Positions 13,101 to 33,740 of a stretch of DNA of 64,000 bases are shown here, piece by piece (positions within the stretch are counted from its first letter, which is position 1; each line of letters starts with the position of its first letter). Location: positions 6,944,001 through 7,008,000 of the forward strand of contig NC_134025.1 in assembly GCF_964204645.1 (NCBI RefSeq), written 5' to 3'. The stretch comes from Tubulanus polymorphus. Taxonomy: Eukaryota > Animalia > Nemertea. Below the pieces are notes generated by a model. The model was not told the origin of the DNA and ran no database searches. It saw nothing but the letters and a program-made list of their open reading frames with translations. A program made the position numbers and the translations under genes.

Positions 13101-16100
13101 TATACGTGCAAGAAACCACCATAAACCCGGAAACGTCGGTTCGGTTTTTATTCTGGGTAAATCTTTTAATGAAGCTTATCTCAACGAAGCTTCTACCATC
13201 AAAATGCACTCTAGAAATACCCTTCATTTCAAAAGATTACTAGAAGATATTTACATTTTCTATTCGTGAATAGTTTCTGGATTTCTGGTGGTTTCCGGGT
13301 TTACAAACAGACGGTTTCTGATACGTACAACCTCTCCGCGTGCTTCCATTTTTGTTTTCGCTTTTTTGCCCGCTTTTTTCTGTTTTGCTTGCATAGCCAC
13401 TCTTCTGTCATCGATCCGTACCTTGAAAATTTAATTTCACAAATCCAGATTAGCCTCTTTCAGACTTTTCATTTACCTGTTCTTTTTGCACACAGGGTAT
13501 GGTACTATATAGACCGACACACGATTTTAAGTGCATACTAGACGCGAAGATAAAAAAACAATGTTATATTTGCAAACTGCGTTGAAACGTCCGTGTATTC
13601 CAACGGCATGGAACAAATCGAATTCCATATTGCGTTATACTTCATGATTTATTCAACTCAATATTTTCTCATTATCGATGTGTGGCGCAGAACTACAACT
13701 ATTCTCGTACAATGAAAAAGTAATTGGACGGGCTTGCAACATAATTTACGTCTGCTTAACTATTGTTTATTTCGTTAACGCTGCAGCGACGGAAGTCAAT
13801 TAGAAACAATCGATGAGATGCAGTGTTAGCCTAGCGGTGGTTTCCTGGAAACGACGAAAACGGCAGTGGTTATCCGAATTCGGTAGGAAATGCATTATCG
13901 GTTTTCCAATTCCGGTATCCTGCACTGTTGCATTCCATTAAAATGCAAATATCTAAGAAAATTGTAAAATAACAAAACAAACCACCGACTGATCGTGGCA
14001 ATGCTCTCGTTCGGAAGGATGTGAGATTCACGTGCACGAAAACCGACGTTGCGAGTGAGCTGACTATGCTCTAGTCTGCACACTTTCAGAATAGAATTTA
14101 TATATTAACAGCAAAATTGGGACTAATTTAGAATTATTGTTGATATACATTATCGTCTTCTCAGAACCAACATTAAGATTCCCTTTAAGTGGTGACGATC
14201 ACCTATGGCAACTAGTAATTCCTAAAATCCTCTAAGTGTTAATATGGTAACTATTTTTGTTATTACTAGATTTACCTTTAATTCCTCAGAAGGTTCCACT
14301 CTAATTAGGCCACTAACAAGTTCCTCGTCATCTTCTAATGGGACGTTAAGGTCATACAAGCTCATTTTTGTGCAAGTCAATTCTTTCTTTTGAAAAGTTC
14401 CAGGTGGAACACGAACGATGCAAACGATTCCATCAAATTCTGAATTGTCATCACATTTATAGCTAAATGGTAATAGAAAATTATCGGTTGAAGAAAGAAA
14501 TGAAAAATACCGGTTTCTTTCCTCGTGAATTCACGTCCTGTAGAAATTCATAACGAAAAAATATCGTTTGGTTCTTACTCAAAAATTGGCCATGATTTAG
14601 GGTCGTATTTCGCATCTTCTTCGCGTCGAAGCCGTTCTTCTTCCTCTTTACGCTTTCTTTGCTCTTCTCGTTCGATTCGCTTTCTTTCTTCTTCCTCTTT
14701 CTTCAGTCGTTCTGCTTCCTGTCTCGCTTCGTCTTCCCGTTGGCGTTCTTCGGCTTTTCTCAGTTTGGTTTCCTCGTCGTCATCGTCTTCATTTTCTCCT
14801 TTGTCCTTCTGCTGTTTCGATTCCCGAGCCTCCAAAATTGCATCGATTGCTACAACGTCCTGTTCAGCTTTAGCGATTGCTTCCGCGGCCTGTTGCGCTG
14901 TCTTGGCTGTCTCTTCCTCTGCCTCCGCCGCTAGCCGTAAAGCTTCTTTCAGACGCCCTATATTCCATAAGTAAAATGCGTTTACAATCTTAAACAGATC
15001 AAACATTTAAACTATCTATCCTTGCGTTGATTATCTATATATCATATAAATTATTCTATATATTATGTTAATTGTATAGCTTGGTGATACATGAATATAA
15101 AGGTATTATACGTTTTACTTTTTACCGTTGGAATATTGATATTTTTAATGAATTAAGATAAATATAGCTATGCGAGGGCATTGTTCCTTTTATTTGAAAA
15201 ACACTTAAGAAAGTAATATAACGACAAAAGCCTCCCCGTGATTCGACCTATTTCATGTACATACTAAGACGTCTTTTATGATATGAATATAGTGCATTAA
15301 ATAAAGTTTAAACGCTCAGCCAAAATTAGAAATAAAAATCGACGGAAATTCGCGTCATTCTAAAGATTACGACATACGTAATATGGGTGTGATATAATTC
15401 ATTTTCAGATCTTAGACACGTTTCTTGAATGTACAAACTGTTCAAACCTGTCAGAATGTGTAGAAAGATGCTCGCACAAATTTTGGAAACGTATTTACCA
15501 ATATGTGAACGACACGTACTATTTACAATAAGTACTATTTCAATGCGAATAATGTAACGTACCCCCATCCTCAAAGTATTGGAATCATTTCAACAAAATG
15601 AGAAAATTGAATGTCAAAAAATTCACGTAAATTCTTACCTGTTGCCTCTCGGTCGATTGTTGCATCATTTTCTTTTTCAAGTTTTTCCCTCAGGGTCTGG
15701 CAAATAGCCTCTAAAGCCTGACGAAGGTCGTGTATGGCTGTTTGCTTTTTGACTTGTTGTTGTTTACTTGTGTCAAGAATTTCGATCGTTTCCTGGAGGG
15801 AATACTTAAATTCAGACGCGTACTGGTAATCAGATAATTGCGAAGATTTCAGACGACCGTGTTCTCTGTTCAAATTTTCGATAGCCTCGTTCAGTTTGTA
15901 AAGCAGGTCACCAGATTCCATTTCTGTAACGATAACCCTCTCACTGACTTCATTTTCTCTATCTGCATTCGCAGGAGTAGGTTCCTTCTCTTCATCTGCT
16001 GTTGGAACTTGCTCTATTTCTTCTTTTTCTTGTCCATCTTGTTTTTCTGTTTCCTCGCCTGTCACGTTATCTTCGGGCGCCACTTCATCTTTTGGAGCAT

Positions 16101-16254
16101 CTTGCTTTTCGGCTTCTATGTCTATTTTGGAAGGCGCGGAATTATCATCCGTACTTTGTTGGTCATTAGTGCCCGCTTCTTTTGACGATTGTTCTTCCGC
16201 TACATCTCCCGCTAACGAACCTTTTACCGATTGTTTTTCCTCCGTGTCGGCCAT
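10119..16254 (-). CDS. Death domain-containing protein 1-like (acidic/coiled-coil N-terminus, ZU5-ZU5-UPA-like region, two C-terminal death domains)
   Basis: Multi-exon model (approx. 16254-15639, 14958-14579, 14463-14276, 13003-12864, 12768-12583, 12349-12066, 11978-11845, 11668-11146, 11070-11015, 10928-10731, 10653-10544, 10465-10221, 10141-10119). ZU5-like segments (EELVSGLIRVE, WAIAVPH, GGTFTSSVDSRFQLTF, KFLKPVSLTM) and two death-fold helical domains. Resembles DTHD1/ankyrin/PIDD architecture. Confidence 0.8.
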
Positions 16255-18338
16255 TTTTGTCTTACCTCATCGACTGTTATTAAATAGATATATGTTTGTG
16301 TTTTACATGTGCTCTCGTCGCAATGAGTCGGTGATCAGAGGCACTTCTTTAACGTCTATACAGTTGACTGGTATGATCCTTTGTGCGGACGCCAATACGC
16401 GTAACCATTGAATTTTTTTCTGCATTCACCGCTCGGTTGCTATCAATAAACAGCGATGAACATTTCTATTCAAGTTACTGATTTTAGTCTCATGTACAAT
16501 GCGCTATTGGTTTGAATAAAACCAGATTGGGGCAAATGAATGATTATAAACTAAGCCTTATATATCTTATATAGATCTTCCTGATTTCGTAATTTGTTCT
16601 CCTTATTTCAGATCGCCTCTGTAGTAATTTTGGAATTTGTTTTGCTTCGCTAGGTCTTATGATTGTATTAGTTACGGCGGAGGATAAATGAATAAATATT
16701 GCCAAGTGATTGATGTTAGTTTTGTTTATCTAATCTAGAATGATATATTATAGTAATGCTTTCGTAAAGTGGATAGGTAAACTTTGATAACAGCCAAAAG
16801 TATTTTCAAATAAATTTTCTCAGTTCTTCTACAAACCTTCCGTAAATCGAGGGGCAATTTTCAGCTGCTAAGAACTATTTTCAAAATTACTATGAATTAA
16901 ATGAAAATAACAAAAAAATAATTTTTTCGAAAGTTTGCTTTCTAAACAGTACCCAAATTTATCTACTAATAGTAGATAAATTCGGGCGCTGTTTAGAAAG
17001 CAAACTTTCGAAATGGCAAAATTCAACACAGTTATAATACTCATCGAGATGAGGAAATAGATATCACATTCATAAAGAACAGTTTTAGACAATTTACGAA
17101 TAATCTTCAAAGGCCGAAACCTTTCGAGCTCGATACAGAAAAATCTAAAATGTATAGCTCGATACAGAATGATAACACAGAATCACTGTGCTCAAATTAA
17201 TGTATACGTGTCTATGATAAATTCAATTTCATGTTTAAAATATCCTTGGAACGTAATTCAGTGTTTCATGTTTGTGTCCTGTAACTTCTGAATGGGCATG
17301 AATGCCAGTGAGTGGTTATTAATTACCAGTCGTCCAGCGTGCATATTTTACAATATTTTGTATTTCCTTTATACTACTTCTTGTTGTAAATGAAATGTAC
17401 GAAATGTATATAATCTAACTAAAATCATGACTGCGCACAACGACCATTATTTCAATAAAAATGTAAATTTGACCTCGATATTAGGGCTATCATTATGTGA
17501 GAAGTTATTTCATTGTTTCGCAGCAATTTATGTTATTGTTCTTTGTATGTAATACAGGTCCACACACAAATCCTCTCCGTTTATGAGAGTGTACTAGAGT
17601 GCAATATCCGTACCATAATACTGAGTCATATGTTGGCAAAATAAACCAGATAGATTTCAAAACTTATTCAAAGAGTGAAAGACATCGTCAATCTAACATC
17701 AACATATAATCAATTTATCTCCAGAAAGATGTATATTTCACATTGCGGCATGCGTGTGTTTTATTTTTCTATAACTGATTAATCAGATATTGATCTTATT
17801 TTCAAATATACAATGCCTAAATGTATTTATTGGGTCAGTATTAGTTTCAATCGTAACTTTTTGTAATCGATAAAGGAGTAAAATTCTCATATCACTTCAG
17901 TCAAATTCGTGGCCTTTAATGAATGAATTTATTTTCGTTTAATATATACAAATTGAATGTGAAGGACATTGAGCCATTAGGCTGTACAAGCGCCATAATT
18001 GAATACGTATGTCATAAACCCGTTTGTAAATTTTTCGAGGCTAACAATTTTAAAAAGGTTTATCGAGTCTAATTGCTTATACTCATCATTCACACGGAAA
18101 CGTGAACTAAACAGCCGTTGTTCCAATTAAGTTCCGGGAGCGGATGAATATCCTGGTCGGTCGTCTATACGCGGTGATGCATCTACGCTATTATATCATT
18201 ACAGAAATATTCGACGTTTTGTACGTGTTTTTAACTCTGGTGGTTTGAGTCTATACCTATCCATCTATTCCATCACAACCACTGGATAGCGTTGTACAGT
18301 TCGATATATATAAGCTTACCATTTGATACACTACACAG

Positions 18339-19791
18339 ATGGAATCTTCACTCGATAAACTCAGAAAAGATCTAGTGAGTATTATAGCATGCGATGATAT
18401 GTACATATACATAGCTACCAGCTTTTGCAAGTAAAAAATCATGTCCATTCTCAAGATTATAAAGAGTTTATATTATTTTACGTCACATATATTTAACACT
18501 ATTCAATGGCCTGTGATCGTACAGACAAATCCGGGACAGGTTCGAAAAAGGTTCGAAAAAATAGTCATTAGAAGATGCATTCTGATGCAATTGCTTAACG
18601 ACTTGTGGTCTTATTTTAGTCTGTTCCATTAATTGCTTAGACAGAATACATGTGAAAAAGGTTTCATTCATTTTTTCTGACGTTTAGAAAAGTGTTGGCC
18701 TTGAACTTCCGCTGGGGGTTTCCGTTGGGGGATACGTTCACAGTGTCAAACTGCCTGCCATGGCTACACTTATTGATTTATATAAAAGTTTAACTCATAA
18801 TTCTGGTTGAATGTTTAGTAACGTTACTTATTGAGGCAAGTGGAAAGAAATGTAAACGAAAAGATGATACAAAAGAAGAAAGAATTATTGAATTTGCAAA
18901 CATTATTATGATTCATCATTGTTCATTTCCTCAATTACAGTCGGCTCTTTCGCTTGAAGATGAAAACATCCTTCGGCAGCTCATTCATATTTACGACAAT
19001 ATCCAAATGCTGAACGGTAAACGGACATCGAGACGACAAAGCGATGCGAGCGAAATGATCATTTATCGCAGGGGTTTGAATCCTGATGCAATATCAGTCG
19101 GACGGTCCGTGTCAATGAAACCGATGAGGCGCAGTGAACCAGCGGTAAGGGATAGAGAGCGACGTAGTAGAATGAGCAGCCAGTCGTCTGCCGATGAACT
19201 TGATGATGTACCCGAATCTGCGCAGAATGCACCAGTATCGATAGAATTCGGTAGGTTACTTCCGTCCAGTGCATCATTCCCTGTTATAAGCAATTTCTCG
19301 ACTCAAGGTAGAAACTACGTATTCTAACAAGAATGTGGAACTTGGTTCTGTTTTTTCATGATCTACACTCATAAGCTTTGTGTCACCTGTTATGTCGGAC
19401 AAAAATTGCAAATATTAATGATGATGATGCTGATGATGATGATTTTCTTTATTATTCAGATGACGATGACCTATTTTCATCCCCGCTCGGCGACCTTCAA
19501 CTAGATTTACAAACAGAACTTGGGGATATTTTGCAACCGCTCCACGGCATACTGTCCCAACGTTTATCGAGTATCGGCTCTCGAGACACACCTAGCCCGC
19601 AGAACGGCGCCGAACTATTGCGGGATACTCCGTCTCCGGCTTCGTCGGTTGATGTGGGGCTACAGCACCAACGAGATGACCTGGACGTGTCGTACGCAAA
19701 TATTCTGAGGCGAAACGTTAAAATATGGCGAGAAAATAAATATCGCCTGAATACCTCCGATACTTTAGATGGAATAATGTTTTTGAGATGA
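18339..19791 (+). CDS. FAM89/LURAP1-like leucine-rich adaptor protein
   Basis: Exons 18339-18374, 18941-19307 and 19460-19791 in phase. N-terminal LDKLRKDLSALSLEDENILRQLIHIYDNIQML resembles the LURAP/FAM89 helix (LRKEMxxLRQLDxxLLxQLxxLYESIQ), followed by an S/D-rich disordered tail. The ATG sits right after an acceptor, so upstream exons may exist. Confidence 0.65.
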
Positions 19792-20622
19792 GGAATTCAA
19801 AATTAAAGCGAATTTATTCTAGGAAAAAATATAAACGGTATCTTATTATCTCTGAAAATAACGACTAAGTTTGAATTAGCATGTTTGTAAATTATTTGAA
19901 TTTGAATTAATTCTTCGCATCTTGGGGGTAAACATATATGTATAACTTACATAGTTCCACCGGGGACTCATAGTTTTAGAGTCCCATGGTTCCACCAATG
20001 TAAGGTTATTGTTGTGAAAACCACTGTTGTTAACGCTTCTATATAAGATATGGTGAAATGATGTGGTAAGGCTTTATTTGTTTATCACTGTCCACAAACA
20101 ACAGTTGACTTCGGTTTCATATATTTACCTATTTAAGCGGTTTCAGTGAAATGGAATGCGTTAAAATGCAAATAAAGTGTTTCCATGTGAAGGACAAGTA
20201 CTGTATATATATACCTATCTACGCACAAAGGTCCGAGTAGATCCATAAACCGGACAATACATTCGACCTCTGGGAAATATTCTCGTGCGATATTGATGAG
20301 GCTGCAGAATCTACGCGTTCCGTCCTATTATGTTCAGCGAGGAAATCAATTTGTAAGCCGTAGATAGCGGAGACAGGTTGTCATCATGGGTTACATTAGA
20401 TAGTCGCAATTTACTTTCGACAATTTACATGTTGGTTGTGGTCCTATAGAAAAGAAAAACTGACGTTGTTGATACACGGAAAATTTTAGAAGGTAATTTT
20501 GTTCAATGCTGTCAATCAGATGTTACCGTTGAAAGCAGTTAAGTTTATTTCCGTGAGTTTTACAACTCCAAACTTGTCACTTCGTTGATTGAATAATTTT
20601 TGTGTGGATTATTCCAGTGTTA

Positions 20623-21771
20623 ATGACTCATACGAAAGCTACTCACGGGATGGCGGACTCGTCCGCGTGGTCATCGTCTGCACCGAACCCGGTCAAACCA
20701 GCTTTGTCGCCTGTCATGCTTACAAACGGCGTTCCCAAATCGCCCCGAATCTACGACTCAAAACGCCTTTCATTAGACGACAAATCGCTGACGTTAAATA
20801 GAAAACAAGATAAAATACGCTTCAATCAACATCGAAACCAATTTCATCTGACTTATTTGGCGAGACCAAATACAAGGAATTACAATTCATTTCAATGTTT
20901 TTATCCGCGGAAACCATTCGGTGTTTGTACATGGATGGCCAGACCAAACGGCAATATTGGCGAGGCATACCCGCCTAATATTAGAACTCTGTTGCAAATG
21001 CATCGAAGCAAAATAAAATCAGCGATGATCGAGGCTGATCGAAAAGGAATCAATCCTCCAATGAATTCTTCTGACAATCGGCGGGCGACGTCAAAAGCCA
21101 CAGATAATACGGAATTAAGTAATTATAATTACCATGAAAGTAAAATCAAGTTCTCCAGAGCTTTGATACTGAAAAAGTTACAAGATATCGAAAGACAATT
21201 ATCGATGGCGTATGGTGATCGGCGACCGGCTAAAATATCACCCGCTAATGTAGTACATCGCGTTGTAGCACCGTCGAGTGAAAAGTCGTCACAAGATGGC
21301 GAAGTAAGCAAACGAATGGTGGCAAATATTGTGCAGCCAGTGAAATCTAAAAATCGTTTCAGCTGCTCGAAATGTTCCGAGACTACAAACAATCGAACTC
21401 AGCGAAATGGACAGGATCTAAAAGAGTTAACCAAACCGATCGAATCTAAAAATGACATTTCCGAAAAAATCGAATCAGTCGAGAAGAACACTGACCATTT
21501 AATTGAAGAAAATCAAATGAAATCGAAAGCGATACCCGAGAAAAAGAGGTCTATATTAAAGAAGAAAGCTTCCGAGGCAGCTGGATCAGATTTTCGTCCC
21601 AGTGAAAACTTCACCGTCTCAATAACTTCCAGTGATTTGAAGCCCACATTTTCGATGGTCCACGCGCACAATGTTTACTCCGCGAACTCTTGTTTCCGCA
21701 GAGACGAATCTCCAACGCGCAGAAATGTCAGATTCTCTTCATCCAATCATGTTATCGAGTACATGCCTTGA
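20623..21771 (+). CDS. Intronless uncharacterised protein (~375-383 aa) with SILK and RVxF motifs
   Basis: Long open frame (first ATGs at 20623 and 20647) in AT-rich DNA, with AATAAA downstream (~21890). C-terminal KKRSILKKK and RRNVRFSSSNHVIEY. Confidence 0.7.
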   Translation: MTHTKATHGMADSSAWSSSAPNPVKPALSPVMLTNGVPKSPRIYDSKRLSLDDKSLTLNRKQDKIRFNQHRNQFHLTYLARPNTRNYNSFQCFYPRKPFGVCTWMARPNGNIGEAYPPNIRTLLQMHRSKIKSAMIEADRKGINPPMNSSDNRRATSKATDNTELSNYNYHESKIKFSRALILKKLQDIERQLSMAYGDRRPAKISPANVVHRVVAPSSEKSSQDGEVSKRMVANIVQPVKSKNRFSCSKCSETTNNRTQRNGQDLKELTKPIESKNDISEKIESVEKNTDHLIEENQMKSKAIPEKKRSILKKKASEAAGSDFRPSENFTVSITSSDLKPTFSMVHAHNVYSANSCFRRDESPTRRNVRFSSSNHVIEYMP

Positions 21772-24700
21772 AATTTATGTATCTCTCAGAACTTTAATTG
21801 ATATAATAGAAATATTTTATGAGAATTACTAAAAATTACTAAAATTATTTCTTGTAAATATACATGATGGACACTTACATCTATATACAAATAAATTACT
21901 CAATTAAAGTCTCGTTGCCAAGATCTTCTTTCTATATAAACGTTAGCTCGTACTTTTTCTTCGTGCACTGAACCAAGAAAAAGGGGGCCAATAATGTTAG
22001 TTTTTTTATTTTGTTTGTGTCTCGTACATGGTTGGAAAATCATCCCACGACAAATTTGGCTTTTTTTTCGTATTTGTTCTTTTTATTATTCAAGTCGGTA
22101 CTCAGTGTAAAAGTCACTTTATCACCGATTGAAATTTCAATCAGACTTTTGCAAAATTTATCATACATTTTCCATTTTCAGGTTTGTTTGGCGATAAAAT
22201 GTCTAAATGTTATATCATTACCATATTTAGAAAGAAAGTGTTTTCAAGATTTAACACCTTTCAGTGATTCTGCCCGATTTTGCATGCGAGGTTTGTTCCT
22301 ATTGACATAACTATCAGTTTGTCAGAAACAGAATCCTAGTCTTGTCTTAAGTATCGACTGTAGACCTGGTCCCAGATCATATTAACCGATAATCGGGCTC
22401 TTTAGTGATTATTTAGTTTTATCCCTTGATGTTCTTGTCCGTCGGATTTTGTACACGAAACACATACGGTGCGAACACAAAGACTGGGCAGTATTGACCT
22501 TTCTTCAGTGAATCCATATATTCCAGACACGTTTTGGTCAACTAAAGCTTTCTGCGTCTTCAAAGGGAATTAAGCCAGTAATATAGAGAACTCGGACTTG
22601 ATGTAAAACAAAATTAGCCATGTCTTCTGGTGACAATAGGGTTGTTTAGACGGTATAAAACTCGTTAGCGTCATACAGTGCCCTTTCGATGCACTTAGCG
22701 CGATGTCGTCATCATGTCCAGAATAGAATGACAAAAGAAAACGTGGCTTGGCTTTTTTATTAGGATACAAGGAAGCTGATTAAATCGTCTCCCGTTCACT
22801 TAAGCAATCAGCGCGGAACCCGTCCGGATCGGATTCAGTGCTGAAAATGAGATTATACTTGTGGCATGTTTAGGTATGCTTGCGTGTTGACTCTCCCCGG
22901 CCGAACAAACACGACACCATCACTGCAATTGCCCTAACAAGCCAAGTCTGGAGCGGAATTACATGTACCGGGAATTAAGTCTTCTTCGGTGCGGGCAAAT
23001 TAAGCATACTTCATGACCCAACCAGCCTGTAAACAAATACAGTTTGTATTCCTTCTTCATGTTTCGAATTTTTTTTTCTCCCGCGACGAATTATTATCAG
23101 ACATAGGTTTCTCTTCAATCAAAACTCGAACACTCGAGAATTTATAATGCATTTTTTACGAAATACATTTTTTACCTTTCTCGATATCGTTAAAAGGAAA
23201 ATACACGGAACAAGTATTTCACTGAATACAAGTTGGGTATATACCTACTACATGCCCTTGGATGGATTACATTTCAACTTGGGATATATACAACGACAAC
23301 ATTTGCACCAAAAATTGATACTCATAATATACAGGAAGTAATCAATCTTATGCGGTGAAAACGTATCGCAAATATTCCATATATATACACAGATATGTAT
23401 ACGATATGTATACGTATATGTCACGTGCATGTAATAATAGCTAAAAGGATTTATTCTGTCGGCTGAAATACTTCTCCGTTTGCAAAAGATCCCTCGTCTG
23501 GATCGTCGTTTTAGCCGAAAATGCAGCTTGAGAAGACTGAGTATTGGCATTCACAATCTATCAGAGCCAATACGAGAACCCATTTGTCTCCATGAATTAT
23601 TGATGCAATACATCTTTGTCTGTCGGTTCACCTGTTAGAGCGACCACGTGCTGTATTACCAGAAAAATATTCTACGACTCTTATTCTGCTTACTATTTTG
23701 CTTACTTTCATATATAAAAACAAAATCACTTGTTGGTAAAAATGCCCTTTTTGCATTTGCTTGTGCCCTTAAAAATCTTACGAATCGTTTTTGTTATATC
23801 CAATAGAAATTCAATGTAGAACTCGGGGTCTTAAGGGGCCTATAAGAAGAATCGTTATAGCGGTGTTTGACTCTAGATAACTACCCTTTTCGGGATATTT
23901 ATGCCCCTAACCTGCAAATGCTATAAGTAACGACCCTAGTTGTATCCCCTCTATGTATCTGATACACGGGATGTCAAAAACAACTTACTGGTATACGTTC
24001 GTAATCTGAGCTCGATTTTCAGAAGTAGCCGTACATTTATCGGCAGATAAAAGCAGTTTTGTGTTAGTATTCCCATTATGTGTTTTTCTTTAATGCTTGA
24101 TTATGTATATATTCTGAGCGCCGACGGCGCAGTTTTTCCGATTGGTGTCAGAGATAAAAAAAACTGCGTAAAGAATAAATCTGTATAACATGTTTCATCA
24201 CCGATTCTCATGGCGAGGTTGAAGCCCAGACTTGTCGTCGTATCCAGTAAGCGGATTACGTTGATGTACCATTGTCTGGTTCATTATCGTTGCTATTTTT
24301 ACAATTTCAACATCTCGATGTTAACGGATGTCATCAAAATCTGCTTTACTCCACTCGAATATACGTATTCGCACCAATAACAAACTCCTTTAACTATTAT
24401 ACATATATTTTTTTTTATTTTGAAATTATTATTATTATTTTTCAGATCTCTTGCACTGAATCGCCGTCAACTCTTCTCGAATCATATCATCATTAGTACG
24501 TGTTATTTTATATATACTAAGCGAACCATTCTTTTTAAAAATCTAACAGAATATAACAACATATATATTCATATTATATCTGTGTTTTCGACGTGGTTCG
24601 CACTAGCACAGAAATTAGTTTCGCCATTTTAATTATCAACACAATATTGCCCCATTTTTCAGAAGAAGGTCAAATCGTTTAAAAGCATGTACATCACTGA

Positions 24701-26587
24701 GACACAAATCAATGATACTTAACTTAATGATCATATGGAATTATGAATTCTAATGAATTAGAAAACTCTACCCTTGGGGATACAAAGAATCTCATTAAAT
24801 CCTCGATCGATAGACAAATACAGTACTATACACTCCGTTCCCAAATATGTTCCAGTCCTTACCGGTAAGGACCAATCAAAATAATCCACTAAATGTCTTG
24901 AATTTTGTTATGCCTATCCTATATAATATAATTGTATCCATTTCAATATTCTCGACTTTGGTATTTGGCCAACTCCGTTATAGCATTTTACCGCTCCTAT
25001 TTTGGCAGAGTTAAGGCGGAGTGGAGTGTTGTATTGTTTGATTAAAACTTTGAAAAAAAACCTACCAAAATAGCTTGTTTTGTTTGAAATTTGAGTAATG
25101 TTCCTGTTTCATGTCAACAACATATCCCGAAGGACTTCAACGCGATTTCTGTCATCGTCCACGCAAAATATTGATGAACAAACCTTAATATAGAAACATT
25201 GATGTTTAAAATTAGCAATATATTCACGTGGAGATGTGTACTATACACCCACTTTAGAAGTAACGGATTACAAATCATATGATTCTTCGGCATTTTCGCT
25301 ACGTATGGAACACAAGGGATAAAACAAATTAGACATGATTATTCATAGCATATCATACACGAAAAACGCTGTTCCAGGACCCCCGGTAGATAATACAAAA
25401 CCTATACTGATCTTGGACGACACACTCAACACTTTCCGTTTGATGCTTATCAGCGAGATGGTCAGCCGATCGAGCTATATCCTGAACATGTCTGTCCAGG
25501 AGGAGACATTACAGTTTCTGATGCCAAGATAAAATGTAATGAGAGATTCTCATCCGATGTTGACTTCAGTATCAGATGATTCAAAGTGAATTGGCCCAGA
25601 AATCAACACAGGATTTTATTTCATATTGACAAAGCTTTCGTGTATCGTTTTCGAGGGTTTTTATTTCTTAGGGTTGCCACCACAACTCATAAAGTGTTTT
25701 GTGACTACATTTATTATTGCCAGATTCATACTACACACGCTAATTGTGTGTGACTGGCCTTCGTGTGACTGGCCGAACTGTAGTTCTGTAATTAACTACG
25801 TAGGATTTTACTTTTGATAAATCTTGATTACCGGTACTTTACAAGTGTACAGCGAGTATGAATTGAATTACATAATTTATCACAGGGTTTCGTACGCAAA
25901 GAAAAAATAAGATCGTAGACACATCAGTCTCTATATAACAATATGCCAGTGGTCATAATAAAATCACTGCCGTTATCCCGAGTTATATCGGGCGAAGTCA
26001 AAAGGCAAAAACACTGTACATTTCGTTCACACGGTTATATCAGAAACTAAATTCTGTTGATATTAATGAGACCACTTAAATGCAGTTTTGATCGCCTAAT
26101 CCAAAGCGCCGTCGTACTATTTACAAGATATATCTTGTCGCTGACGTGGATGGAAGATGGAATTGTGTGCGCAGAATGCGATATACGCTTCCATTTTTCG
26201 CGTTTTCTTTTCCACGAAAGCGACCGGCACGAATAGTGCCTATGAGACGAGATAACAGCGTTCGCTTTGAATACGTCGCTTATCATACCGTTGATCGTCC
26301 GCCGCATAAGTTTAGTGTCCTCGTCGAATTTTCCGCGGCGGCAAAACTCGAACGCAGTGCAAGAGTCGTCGCACATTTTAGTACCTCACTAATGCAACCG
26401 TAGAATGTTAATCGCGCATCCATCCATATACCGACGTGTTTTATTCGGATATTCTACGAACGAAAACCTCGCCGTTTATTTGTTTATTTTTGTGTCGCTT
26501 GCGCAAATACTGGGACAACTCCAGCAACGTCACATACAACATTAGGCTATACGGTCAGAGTCGATGTCCTGTAGTCTTCATTTCCCG

Positions 26588-33740
<7,153 letters not shown>

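Noticed and set aside
13790-14090. Possible structured ncRNA in the DTHD1-like intron
   Set aside because: No recognisable family boxes or long consistent stems, and the apparent 33-nt intron is too short for this genome.
22500-23650. Exon-like minus-strand blocks with acceptor sites
   Set aside because: Stops in all frames and no consistent donor/acceptor chain or recognisable protein.
24780-25590. Short coding-looking frames (e.g. YTDLGRHTQHFPFDAYQRDGQPIELYPEHVCPGG)
   Set aside because: Interrupted by stops and not assignable to a family; possibly a decayed pseudogene or transposon but unsupported without a search.
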